A program made the translations under genes and the position numbers. Of a DNA stretch of 64,000 bases, positions 48,323 to 58,780 are shown in pieces. The stretch is from a virus (Duplodnaviria; Caudoviricetes): IMG/VR virus record IMGVR_UViG_3300025016_000004; one strand, given 5' to 3'. Within the stretch, counting starts at the first letter, position 1. Each line of letters begins with the position of its first letter. The notes beneath the pieces were generated by a model. It worked only from the letters and a program-made list of their open reading frames with translations, was not told the origin of the DNA and made no database searches.

Positions 48323-48395
48323 GGCTTGGTAACTCAGTTGGTAGAGTAGTGGACTGAAAATCCATATGTCACTGGTTCGATTCCAGTTCAAGCCA
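48323..48395 (+). tRNA. trnF: tRNA-Phe(GAA)
   Basis: Canonical; abuts the HNH stop codon. Confidence 0.92.
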
Positions 48396-48411
48396 CTATA
48401 CCAAAAAGTTA

Positions 48412-48453
48412 TTGAAGAACCATGTGTCGTTGGTTCGATTCCAACTCCGACCA
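48412..48453 (+). pseudogene. 3' half of a split tRNA-Phe(GAA)
   Basis: TT-GAA-GA-ACCAT...T-arm...TCCGACCA. Confidence 0.75.
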
Positions 48454-48545
48454 CAAATTGTGATAGTTAATCCTCTTATCTATGAAGTCTTAGGTAATGA
48501 AACTAGTCTCGGTAGACAATGTGCACATTGATTCTACCCAAATAT

Positions 48546-48617
48546 GGCCCATTCGTCTAATGGTTAGGACGACAGGTTTTCGACCTGTAAACGAGAGTTC
48601 GACTCTCTCATGGGCTA
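48546..48617 (+). tRNA. trnE: tRNA-Glu(TTC)
   Basis: ACAGG-TTTTCGA-CCTGT. Confidence 0.9.
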
Positions 48618-48649
48618 CAAGTTTGCAAACTAAGGTTATTAATTTCCTT

Positions 48650-48715
48650 GGGGGTATCGTCTAACTGGTTAGGATAGCTATTGGTAAGATATGGGTTCGA
48701 GTCCCATTGTTTCCA
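48650..48715 (+). pseudogene. Glu-type tRNA with a deleted anticodon arm
   Basis: D and T arms intact. Confidence 0.6.
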
Positions 48716-48726
48716 AAAAATTAATA

Positions 48727-48801
48727 TGGTTTATCGTCTAAATGGCAAAAGATACTGTGCGTGTCAGTACAGAGATGGAGGTTCGAGCCCTCCGAAAACC
48801 G
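48727..48801 (+). pseudogene. Asp-type tRNA with an 8-nt anticodon loop
   Basis: CTGTG-CGTGTCAG-TACAG; G73. Confidence 0.6.
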
Positions 48802-48808
48802 CAATATG

Positions 48809-48844
48809 GGGGGCACATGTACCAAGGCAAGGCGTTGGACATTT
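48809..48844 (+). pseudogene. 5' half of a split tRNA-Ala
   Basis: GGGGGCA pairs with TGTCTCC at 49622-28; GGACA pairs with TGTCC. Confidence 0.75.
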
Positions 48845-48891
48845 ACCTAAACTTATGTGGTCGTTTCGATTATTTTGTGATATTTATTAAT

Positions 48892-49533
48892 ATGAAAGAA
48901 TGTCCAAAGTGTGGTAATAACCACCATAAAAAGGGTAAGTTTTGTTCTAGGTCTTGTGCTAATAGTAGAACTTGGTCCAAAGAAGATAAAAGTAAAAAAT
49001 CTGAAATCGCTAAAAAATCTGAAAAAGTTTTATTGGCCAATCGTGACCCTGAAAGAAGAAAGAATCTCTCAATATCAGCAAAAGCCCAAGCAAAAGTTGG
49101 TAACATTAATTGGAGTAAATTACATACTAAAGATGTTATTAACAAGGCCTTAAAAACTAAAAAGCTTAAAAGGGAACTATGGTTAGATTCATTTGATAGG
49201 AGTGATAAAATTGAATACCGTAAAGCTTGTAAATTTAAATTTAGTCTTAATTCATACCCAGATAAATTTGATTTTTGGTTGATTGAAGAGTATGGCTGGT
49301 ATAAAGCTAAAAATATGGGTGACAATCCAAATGGGATAAGTAGAGACCATATGTACTCAATTAGTGAAGGATTTAAAAATGGTGTTGACCCGTATTATAT
49401 TAGTCACCCAGCCAATTGTAAATTAATGAGGCATGGTGAAAATAATAAAAAAGATGGTAAAAGTAGTATTAATCTAGAAGATTTAATAAAAAAAGTTAAT
49501 AAATGGGATAATAAATATGGGCCGTTAGCATAA
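48892..49533 (+). CDS. HNH homing endonuclease
   Basis: CPKC..FCSRSCA; SRDHMYS...HPANC...N; true start at 48892. Confidence 0.82.
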   Translation: MKECPKCGNNHHKKGKFCSRSCANSRTWSKEDKSKKSEIAKKSEKVLLANRDPERRKNLSISAKAQAKVGNINWSKLHTKDVINKALKTKKLKRELWLDSFDRSDKIEYRKACKFKFSLNSYPDKFDFWLIEEYGWYKAKNMGDNPNGISRDHMYSISEGFKNGVDPYYISHPANCKLMRHGENNKKDGKSSINLEDLIKKVNKWDNKYGPLA

Positions 49534-49591
49534 ATGGCAAATGCTCTTCATTTGCAATGAGGAAGATTGGGTTCGAATCCCAGCGTGTCCA
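49519..49591 (+). tRNA. trnA: tRNA-Ala(TGC), overlapping the HNH stop; acceptor stem imperfect
   Basis: CTTCA-TTTGCAA-TGAGG; G3:U70. Confidence 0.75.
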
Positions 49592-49629
49592 CAATGTCCG
49601 AGAGAAGGATTCGATTTCCTTTGTCTCCA
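49592..49629 (+). pseudogene. 3' half of a split tRNA-Ala
   Basis: CAA-TGTCC...AAGGA-TTCGATT-TCCTT-TGTCTCCA. Confidence 0.75.
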
Positions 49630-49765
49630 CAAACATTCTTTACTTATGAATATAATTTATTATATTATATTTATGAGTAAGGATTATCGAAAATTATACG
49701 AAACTACCCACGGTGAACTACCCACACACTAAAAAGATGTGTGGGCTTCCTGCACAACGCACAGC

Positions 49766-50884
49766 CTAATGGCTCACGTTAGCGTACAAAGGGTTGTCCC
49801 TAACCCCGAAATTCTTTATGTTATATGCAGCGTTTACATCTCTATCAATTGAATTACCGCACTTATCACAATCATAAGTTCTATCTAAAAGTTTTAAATC
49901 TTTCTTGTGGTTTCCACAGTTAGAACATACTTTACTGCTTGGTTCAAACCTTCCAATTACAACAAGATTTTTACCTTGCCATTCAGTCTTATATTCAAGC
50001 ATTGTTCTTAATTGTCGCCAACCCATATCAGATATTGCTTTAGCTAAATTATGGTTCTTAACCATATTACTAACAGACAAATCTTCCAATACAATTGTAT
50101 TATAAGATTTAACTAATTCAGTAGATATTTTGTGCAAGTAATCAGTCCTTTGGTTACGAATTTTTTCTTGCAGTAATGCTACTTTTAATTTTTGTTTTTC
50201 TCTATTTATTGAGTCTTTCTGTTTTCTTGCAAGGCTTCTTTGTTCAACTCTTAATCTTCTTTGTTGTGATTTAAAGAAGTTTTTATTTTCATATACTACA
50301 CCATCAGAAGTAATAGCTAAATCTTTAATTCCAAAATCAATACCAACAGATGTTTCAGTTTTAATTGATTTTTTCTTTGGTTTTTCGGTTTGAGTATCAA
50401 CCAATATTGAAACAAAATATTTACCAGTTACTGTTTTAGTTAATGTAACTCTTTTAGGTAAACCTTTAAATTCTCTGTGGTAATCAATAGCAACTTCTTT
50501 TAATTTAGGTAGCTTTAGTATTCCCTCTTTAAACGATATTTCAAATCCTTGTGGAAACGTAATTGACTGTTTGGAATACTTATTTTTAAATTTAGGAAAT
50601 TGACCTTTACCCTTAAAAAAGTTTTGATATGCTGTATCTAAATTGATTATGCTATGTTGTAATACTTGACTTGGACATTCTTTAATGTAGTCAAATTCTT
50701 TTCTCAATTCTGGAAGTTGTTTTATTAAATCATATTTAGATATTGATTTTTTATTTGAGGCATACGCAACAGTCTTGGTTTCCAACCCCAAATTATAGAC
50801 AAGTCTATTTACACCAAAATACCTTTGTAGTTGGTCTTTTTGGTCATCTGTTGGAAATATTCTGTATTTGTATCCTTTAAGCAT
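49766..50884 (-). CDS. tnpB: TnpB, apparently intact
   Basis: GIDFG, LEDL, zinc finger, DRDVNAA. Confidence 0.95.
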   Translation of the reverse strand: MLKGYKYRIFPTDDQKDQLQRYFGVNRLVYNLGLETKTVAYASNKKSISKYDLIKQLPELRKEFDYIKECPSQVLQHSIINLDTAYQNFFKGKGQFPKFKNKYSKQSITFPQGFEISFKEGILKLPKLKEVAIDYHREFKGLPKRVTLTKTVTGKYFVSILVDTQTEKPKKKSIKTETSVGIDFGIKDLAITSDGVVYENKNFFKSQQRRLRVEQRSLARKQKDSINREKQKLKVALLQEKIRNQRTDYLHKISTELVKSYNTIVLEDLSVSNMVKNHNLAKAISDMGWRQLRTMLEYKTEWQGKNLVVIGRFEPSSKVCSNCGNHKKDLKLLDRTYDCDKCGNSIDRDVNAAYNIKNFGVRDNPLYANVSH

Positions 50885-51030
50885 ATATTATTAAATAGTC
50901 TAAACTTTTGTAAAAGTACAATATTTTTATCTAAATCACAAACTTTGGTTAAAATTAATTTATTTCATACCGTATTTTGTTTAAATCATTCCGTCTTTGG
51001 TTGTAAATAATTTAAACAAAATACTACATT

Positions 51031-51435
51031 ATGCAATCAAATTACATTTCTACAAACCATTCAAAACATTATCTTAAAGCACATATTATATTGGTTACAA
51101 AATATCGTAAACCATTATTAGTTAATCAACTTAAAGAAGATATGTATGTAATATTCAACAACATCATAGATAATTCAGATTTTAATGTAGAGGTATTTCA
51201 AAGTGATATAGACCACATACATTTCTTAATTAGGTACATACCTCGTTTGTCTATATCTCAAATTGTACGTAGGTTAAAACAACAATCTACATATCATATT
51301 TGGCAATTACATTCAACATTGCTTCGTAGGGAGTATTGGTACAAAAGTATGTTTTGGTCAGCAGGGTATTTCGTTTGCTCTATTGGTGAAGCAAGTCCAG
51401 ATACTATTCGTCAATATATTTTAAGTCAAGGTTAA
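51031..51435 (+). CDS. tnpA: IS200-family HUH (Y1) transposase
   Basis: DHIHFL; FWSAGYFVCSIG; IRQYI. Confidence 0.95.
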   Translation: MQSNYISTNHSKHYLKAHIILVTKYRKPLLVNQLKEDMYVIFNNIIDNSDFNVEVFQSDIDHIHFLIRYIPRLSISQIVRRLKQQSTYHIWQLHSTLLRREYWYKSMFWSAGYFVCSIGEASPDTIRQYILSQG

Positions 51436-51535
51436 TTACTACATTTGTCGCTTACATTTTGTGAATTTAAACAAATATTTGGTTTTGTCAAAATAATATT
51501 GTATTTTTGCAAAAGTTTAGACTATTTAATAATAT

Positions 51536-52703
51536 ATGCTTAAAGGATTTAAATATAGATTATACCCAACAAACTCACAAAAAGAGTTGATTGCCAAACA
51601 TATTGGTAGTAGTCGTTTTGTGTATAACCTTGCATTAGAAACAAAAATACAGCGTATTTAGGTTCTAAACATAATTTTTCTCCTTTTGACTTAATCAAAC
51701 AACTACCAGAACTTAAAAAAGAATGTGAGTGGTTAAAAGAAGTCAACAGCCAATCATTACAACAATCTATACAAAATATGGATATTGCATTTAAGAAATT
51801 CTTTAAAGGTGCAGGTTTTCCAAAATTCAAATCTAAACATAAAGGAAAACAATCTTTTTCAATTCCACAAAACGTAATAGTTGAAAATGACCTTTTGATT
51901 ATTCCTAAATTCAAAGAAGGAATTAATATAGTTTTGCATAGAGAAATTAAAGGAACAATTAAAAGTGCTACCATAAGTGTTACCCCAACAGGTAAATATT
52001 TTGTTTCAGTATTGGTTGATACTAATACTGAAATGCCTATTAAAGCACCTATTAAAGAAAACACAACATTGACTTGGGTATTAAAGATTTTGCAATTACA
52101 TCTGATGGTGAAGTATTTGAAAATCCAAAGAACTTACGAAAAGCACAAAGTAAACTAAAATATGTACAACGTAAATATTCAAAAAACAAAGGTAAACACA
52201 CTAAACACCGTCTTGCCTTACTACACGAAAAAGTAGTAAACAAACGTAAAGATTTTCTGCATAAAACATCCACTAAATTAATTCGTGAGAACCAAACAAT
52301 TTGTTTAGAGGATTTGGCAGTAAGTAATATGGTCAAAAACCACAATTTAGCACAAGCAATAAATGATGTAAGCTGGTCAACTTTTGTAACTATGTTGGAA
52401 TACAAGGCTGAATGGTATGGTAAAAACATTCTACGTATAGGACGTTTTGCACCATCATCCAAGACTTGCAACTGTTGTGGATACATAAATAAAGAACTGA
52501 CACTAAAAGATAGGTCTTGGACTTGCCAAAAGTGTAATTCTGTTCTTGATAGAGATGTAAACGCTGCCATAAATATTAAATTATTTGCATTAAAAAATAT
52601 TTTGAGTGGGGAACACACTCTTAAAAATCATGATGAACTGCCCACATTAGTGAGAGTGCTGACTCATGAAGCCCATCCCATCGGCTCTGCCGTGGGTGGG
52701 TAG
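51536..52703 (+). pseudogene. tnpB: TnpB with two frameshifts
   Basis: MLKGFKYRLYP start; frame breaks near 51650 and 52070. Confidence 0.85.
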
Positions 52704-52955
52704 TTCACGTTTTCCACATGATGGTTATATGGTAAATTTTGATAAATATCAATTATTAATGAAATAAATGGATAGCGAATCTTTAATAGAAGAGTTAAAA
52801 TTTAACGATAAATGGCTTACTGATGAATATAAGCAAAGTGCGTATTATCGGGAATATTTGCATTTAATCTTTAAAAAGTTAGAAAATTTATATAAATAAT
52901 TTGTTTATGTAAATTTTTTTTTGTATCATTGCTTAAATATTAAAAATAACAAATT

Positions 52956-53624
52956 ATGAAAAACAAAAACATTATTTATGCAATCGGAGTCATATTGTTA
53001 ATAGCGCAAATAGGCTTCATGGTAACCAAATGTCAACCAGATAACTGTACTAAAACAGTTTATAAACAAAAAGTAACAGCTGGAATGACACTTAAATCTT
53101 CATCCAGTAAAGCATATACAGCTGAAGGATTCATTCCTAGTACAAAAGAAACACCAGTTTGGATGGATTGGGAAAGTAGAAATATTGATATTAATAACCT
53201 TAGTGGGAGATATTTTTCGGGGATGATTAAAAATGACATAGACCAAACTTATTCTGTAGGCCCATGGATTGGATTCCAAAGTTCAATTACAATACCTGAA
53301 GGTAAAGAACTTCATATGAGGTCAGTAAATTGTATAATTAAAGGTGATATAAATGGAAGCGGTACGTTAATATTTGAAAGCTATCAAGAAGATAAAGCTT
53401 ATAACACTCCAGTTGGTGCCAAATTGATAGTTGAAGGTACTGTTGCGAGTTCAATAAATCTAGTATTAAATGCCAATGCAACAGTTGAAACTGGAATTAC
53501 ATTAAGTGATAATGATACTGGAATAAGTAATAAAATTAAAGTAGACGTACCATGTGATTGGCCTATGAATGAGCCAATTAAAGATGAGAATGGTGTGTTA
53601 TGGATATATACTGAATATAAATAA
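52956..53624 (+). CDS. Exported protein
   Basis: N-terminal signal/TM segment. Confidence 0.65.
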   Translation: MKNKNIIYAIGVILLIAQIGFMVTKCQPDNCTKTVYKQKVTAGMTLKSSSSKAYTAEGFIPSTKETPVWMDWESRNIDINNLSGRYFSGMIKNDIDQTYSVGPWIGFQSSITIPEGKELHMRSVNCIIKGDINGSGTLIFESYQEDKAYNTPVGAKLIVEGTVASSINLVLNANATVETGITLSDNDTGISNKIKVDVPCDWPMNEPIKDENGVLWIYTEYK

Positions 53625-53805
53625 ATATGAGAATAGGGCCGTTATATATCTATACAGGTAATGGCATATTCTGGTTTCGAATATGGGGTAAAGGGTTAGC
53701 TTTTAGAAATAAAAACCATAAAAACTTTTATGGTAAATTTTCGGAAAGAATGGGCAAGTCTAAATATTTAGACTTGCTTTCTTTTCGTATAACATTATTA
53801 AAATA

Positions 53806-54258
53806 ATGGAAGATAAATTTAGAGTTATAATTGCTGGTGGTAGGGACTTCGATGATTTTAGAACGTTATCTGAATTCTGTATGCACATACTTCAAAATAA
53901 ACAAAATGTTGAAGTGGTTTCTGGTAAAGCAAATGGGGCTGATAAATTAGGTGAACAATTTGCTAGATTTATGGGTTATCCAATAAAAGAATTTCCAGCA
54001 AATTGGGACAGTGTTGAAGATAAACCAGAAAGTCAAATTGGGTGTGATAAATCAGGCAAACCTTATTGGAAAATCGCTGGAATGGTGCGTAATAAAGAAA
54101 TGGCTGAATATGCTGATGCGTTGATTGCTTTCTGGGATAAATCATCTAAAGGCACAGCCCACATGATAGATTTAGCAAAAAAAATGAATTTAAAGGTTAG
54201 AATATACAAATACGAACAACCAATAAAAGAAGAAGATATACCTTGGTGGAAACAATAA
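53806..54258 (+). CDS. SLOG-family (YspA/DUF2493-like) protein
   Basis: IIAGGRDF; VSGKANGAD; RNKEMA..ADALIAFWD..SKGT. Confidence 0.85.
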   Translation: MEDKFRVIIAGGRDFDDFRTLSEFCMHILQNKQNVEVVSGKANGADKLGEQFARFMGYPIKEFPANWDSVEDKPESQIGCDKSGKPYWKIAGMVRNKEMAEYADALIAFWDKSSKGTAHMIDLAKKMNLKVRIYKYEQPIKEEDIPWWKQ

Positions 54259-54259
54259 T

Positions 54260-54724
54260 ATGGAGATAACAAATGGTGCGTTTATAATAGATAGTTTAGG
54301 GAAGATATTGGTTACTCATGCAATGGGTCATACATTAGCTGTATGGTCAGTACCTAAAGGATTATACGAAGAAGGTGAAACTTCAAAAGAAGCTGCAATC
54401 AGAGAAGCTTTAGAAGAAACTAATTTAGATTTGAAACTTTATGAGAATATTACATTTTATAAAGATTTAGGAATAGAATCATATTCTAGTAAGAATAAAA
54501 AGATACAAGGTCACTTGTTTTTAGTCGATTTCCCGCTGTCTGAATTGAATTTAGACTTGACATGCGTTAGCATGTTTGAATGCACCTATACGGGCATGCA
54601 ATTACCTGAGAACGATATTACTATATGGGAGACGTTAGACTTCGCAGAAAGGTTATTACATGAGTCTCAAAAAAAGTTTTTAAAAAAAATAACAAAATTA
54701 TTTGTTAGTAAACAATTAAAATAG
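54260..54724 (+). CDS. NUDIX hydrolase
   Basis: PKG...GET..EAAIREALEETNL. Confidence 0.9.
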   Translation: MEITNGAFIIDSLGKILVTHAMGHTLAVWSVPKGLYEEGETSKEAAIREALEETNLDLKLYENITFYKDLGIESYSSKNKKIQGHLFLVDFPLSELNLDLTCVSMFECTYTGMQLPENDITIWETLDFAERLLHESQKKFLKKITKLFVSKQLK

Positions 54725-54750
54725 TATATTTGCTTAAATAAAAAGAAACG

Positions 54751-54960
54751 ATGGCGAACAAAAAAATTAAATTGAGTAAGCCTAGCAAATCTTGTGCTGG
54801 GTTAAATTTTAAGGTTAGGTTTAAATTTGATAACAAAAATGGTTATTTTATTGTAACTAACAGTAAGGGAAAACAAATAGATAGTAAACAATTTAACAAC
54901 CATGATGAAGCATTAGTGTTCGCTAAGGGGTTAAATGATAAAACAATTAATGATGAGTAG
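54751..54960 (+). CDS. Small hypothetical protein
   Basis: ORF track. Confidence 0.5.
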   Translation: MANKKIKLSKPSKSCAGLNFKVRFKFDNKNGYFIVTNSKGKQIDSKQFNNHDEALVFAKGLNDKTINDE

Positions 54961-56290
54961 AAAAATAACGTCAAATAAAGATTTCGAAGGTTGGGATGAA
55001 GAGGTCAACGAAGCAACTGCTATAGATATGGGTGAAGATTTTTATTATGATGAAGAGGTCACTTCAAGAAATAATTATAAATCGAAGGTTAGTTTTTATG
55101 ATGAAGTAAATAAACCAATCATGGCGATATTTTTTAACTTCTTTAATCTGTTAAGTCATAAACGAACTAATGAAGGAGTCGAATCTTATGAAGGTGTTAA
55201 ATTTAAAGGTATCTTAAATATAGATAATAACTATATTGATTATTTACCTGATTATCCACCTGTGGTGTTTGAATATACTGTTTTAATTAGTATTAATGGT
55301 AATAATATGACTTTTGTTTTATTAGCGTTTAGAGAAGGTGGTCAAGTTAGAAATTTAGTTAGATTAAGTAGCTTAGATGATGATGATATTAAATCTCATG
55401 TAGTATATGATAAGTTATTTAAATTAGCTGTTGATAGTTCCAACTTAAAAGGTAGTTATTTAACAATCGCTGATGAGTTTTTAGAGTGGAAAATACGTGA
55501 CCTTAAAGAATTATCTTTTGATAATGTATTCTTACCTGAAGATTTGATGGATGATTTAAATATGTACATTAAGTTATTCGAGAAGAAAGGGGTGCTACCT
55601 AGATACATGTTTAGTGGTGCGCCAGGAACGGGTAAAACCGAGTCAACTAGGGCGATTAGTAAACTTTTGAATAATCAAAATGTTACAATCATTAAAACAA
55701 ATATCTGTAAAATCATTAAAGACAAATTTGAATTGGCTAAAATTTTAGCACCTTGTGTGTTGATATTAGATGATATTGATTTATATCTAGGTGATAGGAA
55801 TCATGGTTCATATAGCCCATTATTAGGTGCTTTCTTAGATATATTAGATGGTGTTGACAAATTACCTGATAATGTAGGTGTTATTGCAAGTACAAATGCG
55901 CCACATTTAATTGATTTAGCCGCACAGAGGCCAGGCCGTTTCCATAAATTATTATTCTTTGATGAATTGACAAATGAAAATGTTAAGTCGATAATTATTA
56001 AATCATTAGAAAATTTAGATAAAAAATATAATTCAGTAAGTGAAGAGGATATAAAAATATTAACTGATGAAATGTTGGTTAATTTCTTTAAATCAGAAGG
56101 GTTTACTGGCGCATTTATTTATGAAGCAATTCAAGATTTTAAAAATAAATCTGAAATTTTAGAAACTCCGTTAGACTTAGCTAAAATTATAGCTGAAATC
56201 AGTAAAAAGAATACGACGTTAGAAAATAAATTAAAGAGTGCTACCATCGATAGTAAACTTAAAAAAAGTAGTAAAAAACTAGGTTATTAA
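54935..56290 (+). CDS. AAA+ ATPase
   Basis: GAPGTGKT; LILDDID; STN; RPGRF. Confidence 0.9.
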   Translation: MIKQLMMSRKITSNKDFEGWDEEVNEATAIDMGEDFYYDEEVTSRNNYKSKVSFYDEVNKPIMAIFFNFFNLLSHKRTNEGVESYEGVKFKGILNIDNNYIDYLPDYPPVVFEYTVLISINGNNMTFVLLAFREGGQVRNLVRLSSLDDDDIKSHVVYDKLFKLAVDSSNLKGSYLTIADEFLEWKIRDLKELSFDNVFLPEDLMDDLNMYIKLFEKKGVLPRYMFSGAPGTGKTESTRAISKLLNNQNVTIIKTNICKIIKDKFELAKILAPCVLILDDIDLYLGDRNHGSYSPLLGAFLDILDGVDKLPDNVGVIASTNAPHLIDLAAQRPGRFHKLLFFDELTNENVKSIIIKSLENLDKKYNSVSEEDIKILTDEMLVNFFKSEGFTGAFIYEAIQDFKNKSEILETPLDLAKIIAEISKKNTTLENKLKSATIDSKLKKSSKKLGY

Positions 56291-56456
56291 AAAAAGTTAA
56301 AAAATATTTGGTAGTTTAAAATATTATTCATATCGTTGCGACATCAATAACATTAAAAATTTTAAAATGACAAAATCAAAAGGATTATTCGGCAAGTTAA
56401 TGGCCTTGGTGTACCAATTAGTTTTAGACAAGCTTTAAGCCCAACAAGTAATTTAT

Positions 56457-56669
56457 AAAGGAGCGTAAAACCCATTCATCGCTTTAGCGTGAATGGGTTG
56501 TAAGCAACAAAAAGATTTGACTTTTAAAAATAAAGTCGTATATTTGTATTAACTCTGGTTTTGGGATGCAATCGGAGTATAAACAAAAACAAGTGGAGGC
56601 GTTGACATTGGTCGAGTCAATGAAACTTGAAGCCCAACCCATCGGCTCTGGCGTGGGTGGGTAGTTCAC
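56457..56669 (+). mobile_element. 213-bp non-autonomous IS200/IS605 element retaining both ends and an omega-RNA-like region
   Basis: TTTAT flank; left-end hairpin; right end GTAGTTCAC. Confidence 0.85.
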
Positions 56670-56815
56670 ATGTAGGTTACACACATTATTATGATGTAGA
56701 TGATGATTATAGCGGTGATTGGACGCCAACCCTAACATTAGCTATTGAATTTTTATAAATAAATTTGTTTTTTTTGTTTTAATTATGTATAATTACACAA
56801 TTAAAACCAATCATT

Positions 56816-57394
56816 ATGAAAAAAGTATTACTATATATAATCGTTTTATTAACATTTAGTATATCTTCAGCGCAAGTTGCTGGAGAAGACCCTAGGCTAT
56901 CTTTTAGTCTTTATCAAGATATTAAGTTAGCAATGACTATAGATGATTATGGTAATGAACCTTTTACTCCAGATGTGAGATTTGAATTTATGATGGAAGG
57001 TGATTATGATGGAACTGGTAGTCTTGTAATTGGTTTGACTTTTGAGTATGCTGATTTATATGAATTCAATTTCACTCGTTATGGCCTTCAAGGGGGTTAC
57101 AATTTTAGAAATAATAAATTGCCTTTTAATTTAGGTTATTTTGATAACGCAATTTATGGTGGTGCTGGGGTTATTATAAGAAATTTCCCTGAAGATAACT
57201 TAAGTTATATAAGTCTTGAAATCACTGATGATTTTGCTATATTCTTAACCAAGTGGTTAAGTCTTAATTTAAAAACAACATTAATGCAACGAGGGGATTT
57301 GGCCGCCAAATATGATGACCCCTCTGGTTCTTACAGACCTTGGGAATGGAGACTCAATGTTTATGGTGGTTTAAAAGCGTATATTAATCTTTAA
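56816..57394 (+). CDS. Outer-membrane beta-barrel-like protein
   Basis: Signal peptide; alternating aromatic beta strands. Confidence 0.65.
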   Translation: MKKVLLYIIVLLTFSISSAQVAGEDPRLSFSLYQDIKLAMTIDDYGNEPFTPDVRFEFMMEGDYDGTGSLVIGLTFEYADLYEFNFTRYGLQGGYNFRNNKLPFNLGYFDNAIYGGAGVIIRNFPEDNLSYISLEITDDFAIFLTKWLSLNLKTTLMQRGDLAAKYDDPSGSYRPWEWRLNVYGGLKAYINL

Positions 57395-57862
57395 AATAAT
57401 AATATTATGACAACTATGACAATTCTAAAAAACTTCCATATGGGAACCATAAAATGTTTTCCATGGAAAATAAATTTCTTGCACATGTAGATACCAAACG
57501 TATGAATTGGTATCTAGATAGGGATTTAGCTATCATGTTAAACGAATATAGATACCAATCATTTTTAAAAGGGGCTATCCAAATCACCTGGTTCACCAGC
57601 CGAAGAGAGAAACTTCAAGCCCTTTTTATTTTTTAAATGCTGAAAATCAAGTAGTTAAAAAAAGTTTAAAATTTTTTGTTATTTTACTTGTTTTTTAAAT
57701 ATATATTATGTACATTTGCAGAGTAAAAATAGGAAAGTTATAATGAGGCGAAATCATTATAAAACAACTTTAAGTGAGGCTCTTAAAACTTTTTTAAAAA
57801 AAATCGCAAAAAACTTGTTTAATTAAAAAATAAGTTGTATATTTGCACAAGAATTAAAATAC

Positions 57863-57878
57863 GTTCATTAAAATATTG
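57863..57878 (+). promoter_or_regulatory. boxA-like motif downstream of tandem promoters
   Basis: GTTCATTAAAATATTG; TATATTTG at ~57838. Confidence 0.45.
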
Positions 57879-57886
57879 AAAATAAT

Positions 57887-58706
57887 GGGGTGCTTATGCT
57901 CCTTCCTTCGGGAAAAGATAAACCTAGTGATAGGTATAAAGTGATGTCCAAACAAGGCATTGCGTTGAGGGCTTTCGGGTCAACAATCTGTGTAAGCATA
58001 TTAACTACGAACAAGGGTCAATGGCTGAATGGCTGAGATTAACGAGTTCACTCCCTAGCTTCGGGGAGTTGAGATAGAAATATCAATAGGCGGTTAGTAG
58101 ATTTCGGTTGAAACGTGTAAAAAGCGGATAGGCTGATTTCATCATGATTTGTTATGGAATGTTTAATAATGATGCTTCATTATAATCTTGGGAAACCAAG
58201 CGTTATATTAAGTTAAGTTAATTTGTAAATCTAAGTAATGAAGAAATGATGTGGTGGTAAAACACTGCAACGGGGTGTCGTAAACTAAACTGGTCAAAAG
58301 CCAGCACGTTTGTCAACTGCTAGACACATCCTGTAAGAGAGAGCATCGCTAATCAATTAGGTGGGGCGATAGCCCAACCACTTTTATGTTAAAAAAGCAA
58401 AGATAAGTAAAAGTTCTAGCGGTCACGGATACAAAATTAAGTTATCCCACTGAAATATGTGGGCAGTTATTAACCTCACAAGGGTAACGCTGAAACGGAG
58501 ACTAGGTATCGTTAGTAGGAGGGTCGCACCTTCTCATCCTCGCAAGGGAGCTAGGTAGTGAAATTGGTTTATATCAATCTGTGGTAAAAGAGTTTGCAGT
58601 CACTCCAAGACTGTCTTAATGATGCCTACCAAGTGGAAACATGAGGTGTGTGAAATAGGGAAACCGAAAGCAAAAGGTATTACAAGGGCCCAACACTCAA
58701 GCCTTT
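57887..58706 (+). ncRNA. Giant structured ncRNA, GOLLD-like
   Basis: ~820 nt with no ORF, GC-richer than its flanks, many GNRA/UUCG hairpins, adjacent to tRNA-like genes. Confidence 0.62.
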
Positions 58707-58708
58707 AA

Positions 58709-58780
58709 CGGAGATATCGTCTAATTTGAAGACACTTCCTATTGCTGGAAGGTAATGTAGTATCAAATCTACCATTCCGA
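58709..58780 (+). pseudogene. Degenerate tRNA
   Basis: CTTCC/GGAAG stem; aberrant loop and T-loop. Confidence 0.5.

Larger units (their letters stand above)
49713..52708. mobile_element. Composite IS605-family element: tnpB(-), tnpA(+), tnpB(+), with outward right ends at both termini
   Basis: GTGAAC at 49713, GTTCAC at 52708; 38-bp inverted repeat at 50873-50910 and 51510-51547. Confidence 0.85.

Noticed and set aside
57414-57636. Overlapping ORFs 57414(-) and 57454(+)
   Set aside because: Probably a short truncated gene fragment; no product can be supported.
57887-58706. tmRNA or RNase P RNA as the identity of the large ncRNA
   Set aside because: No tRNA-like 3' end with G3:U70 or tag ORF; no GAGGAAAGUCC-type P4 signature.
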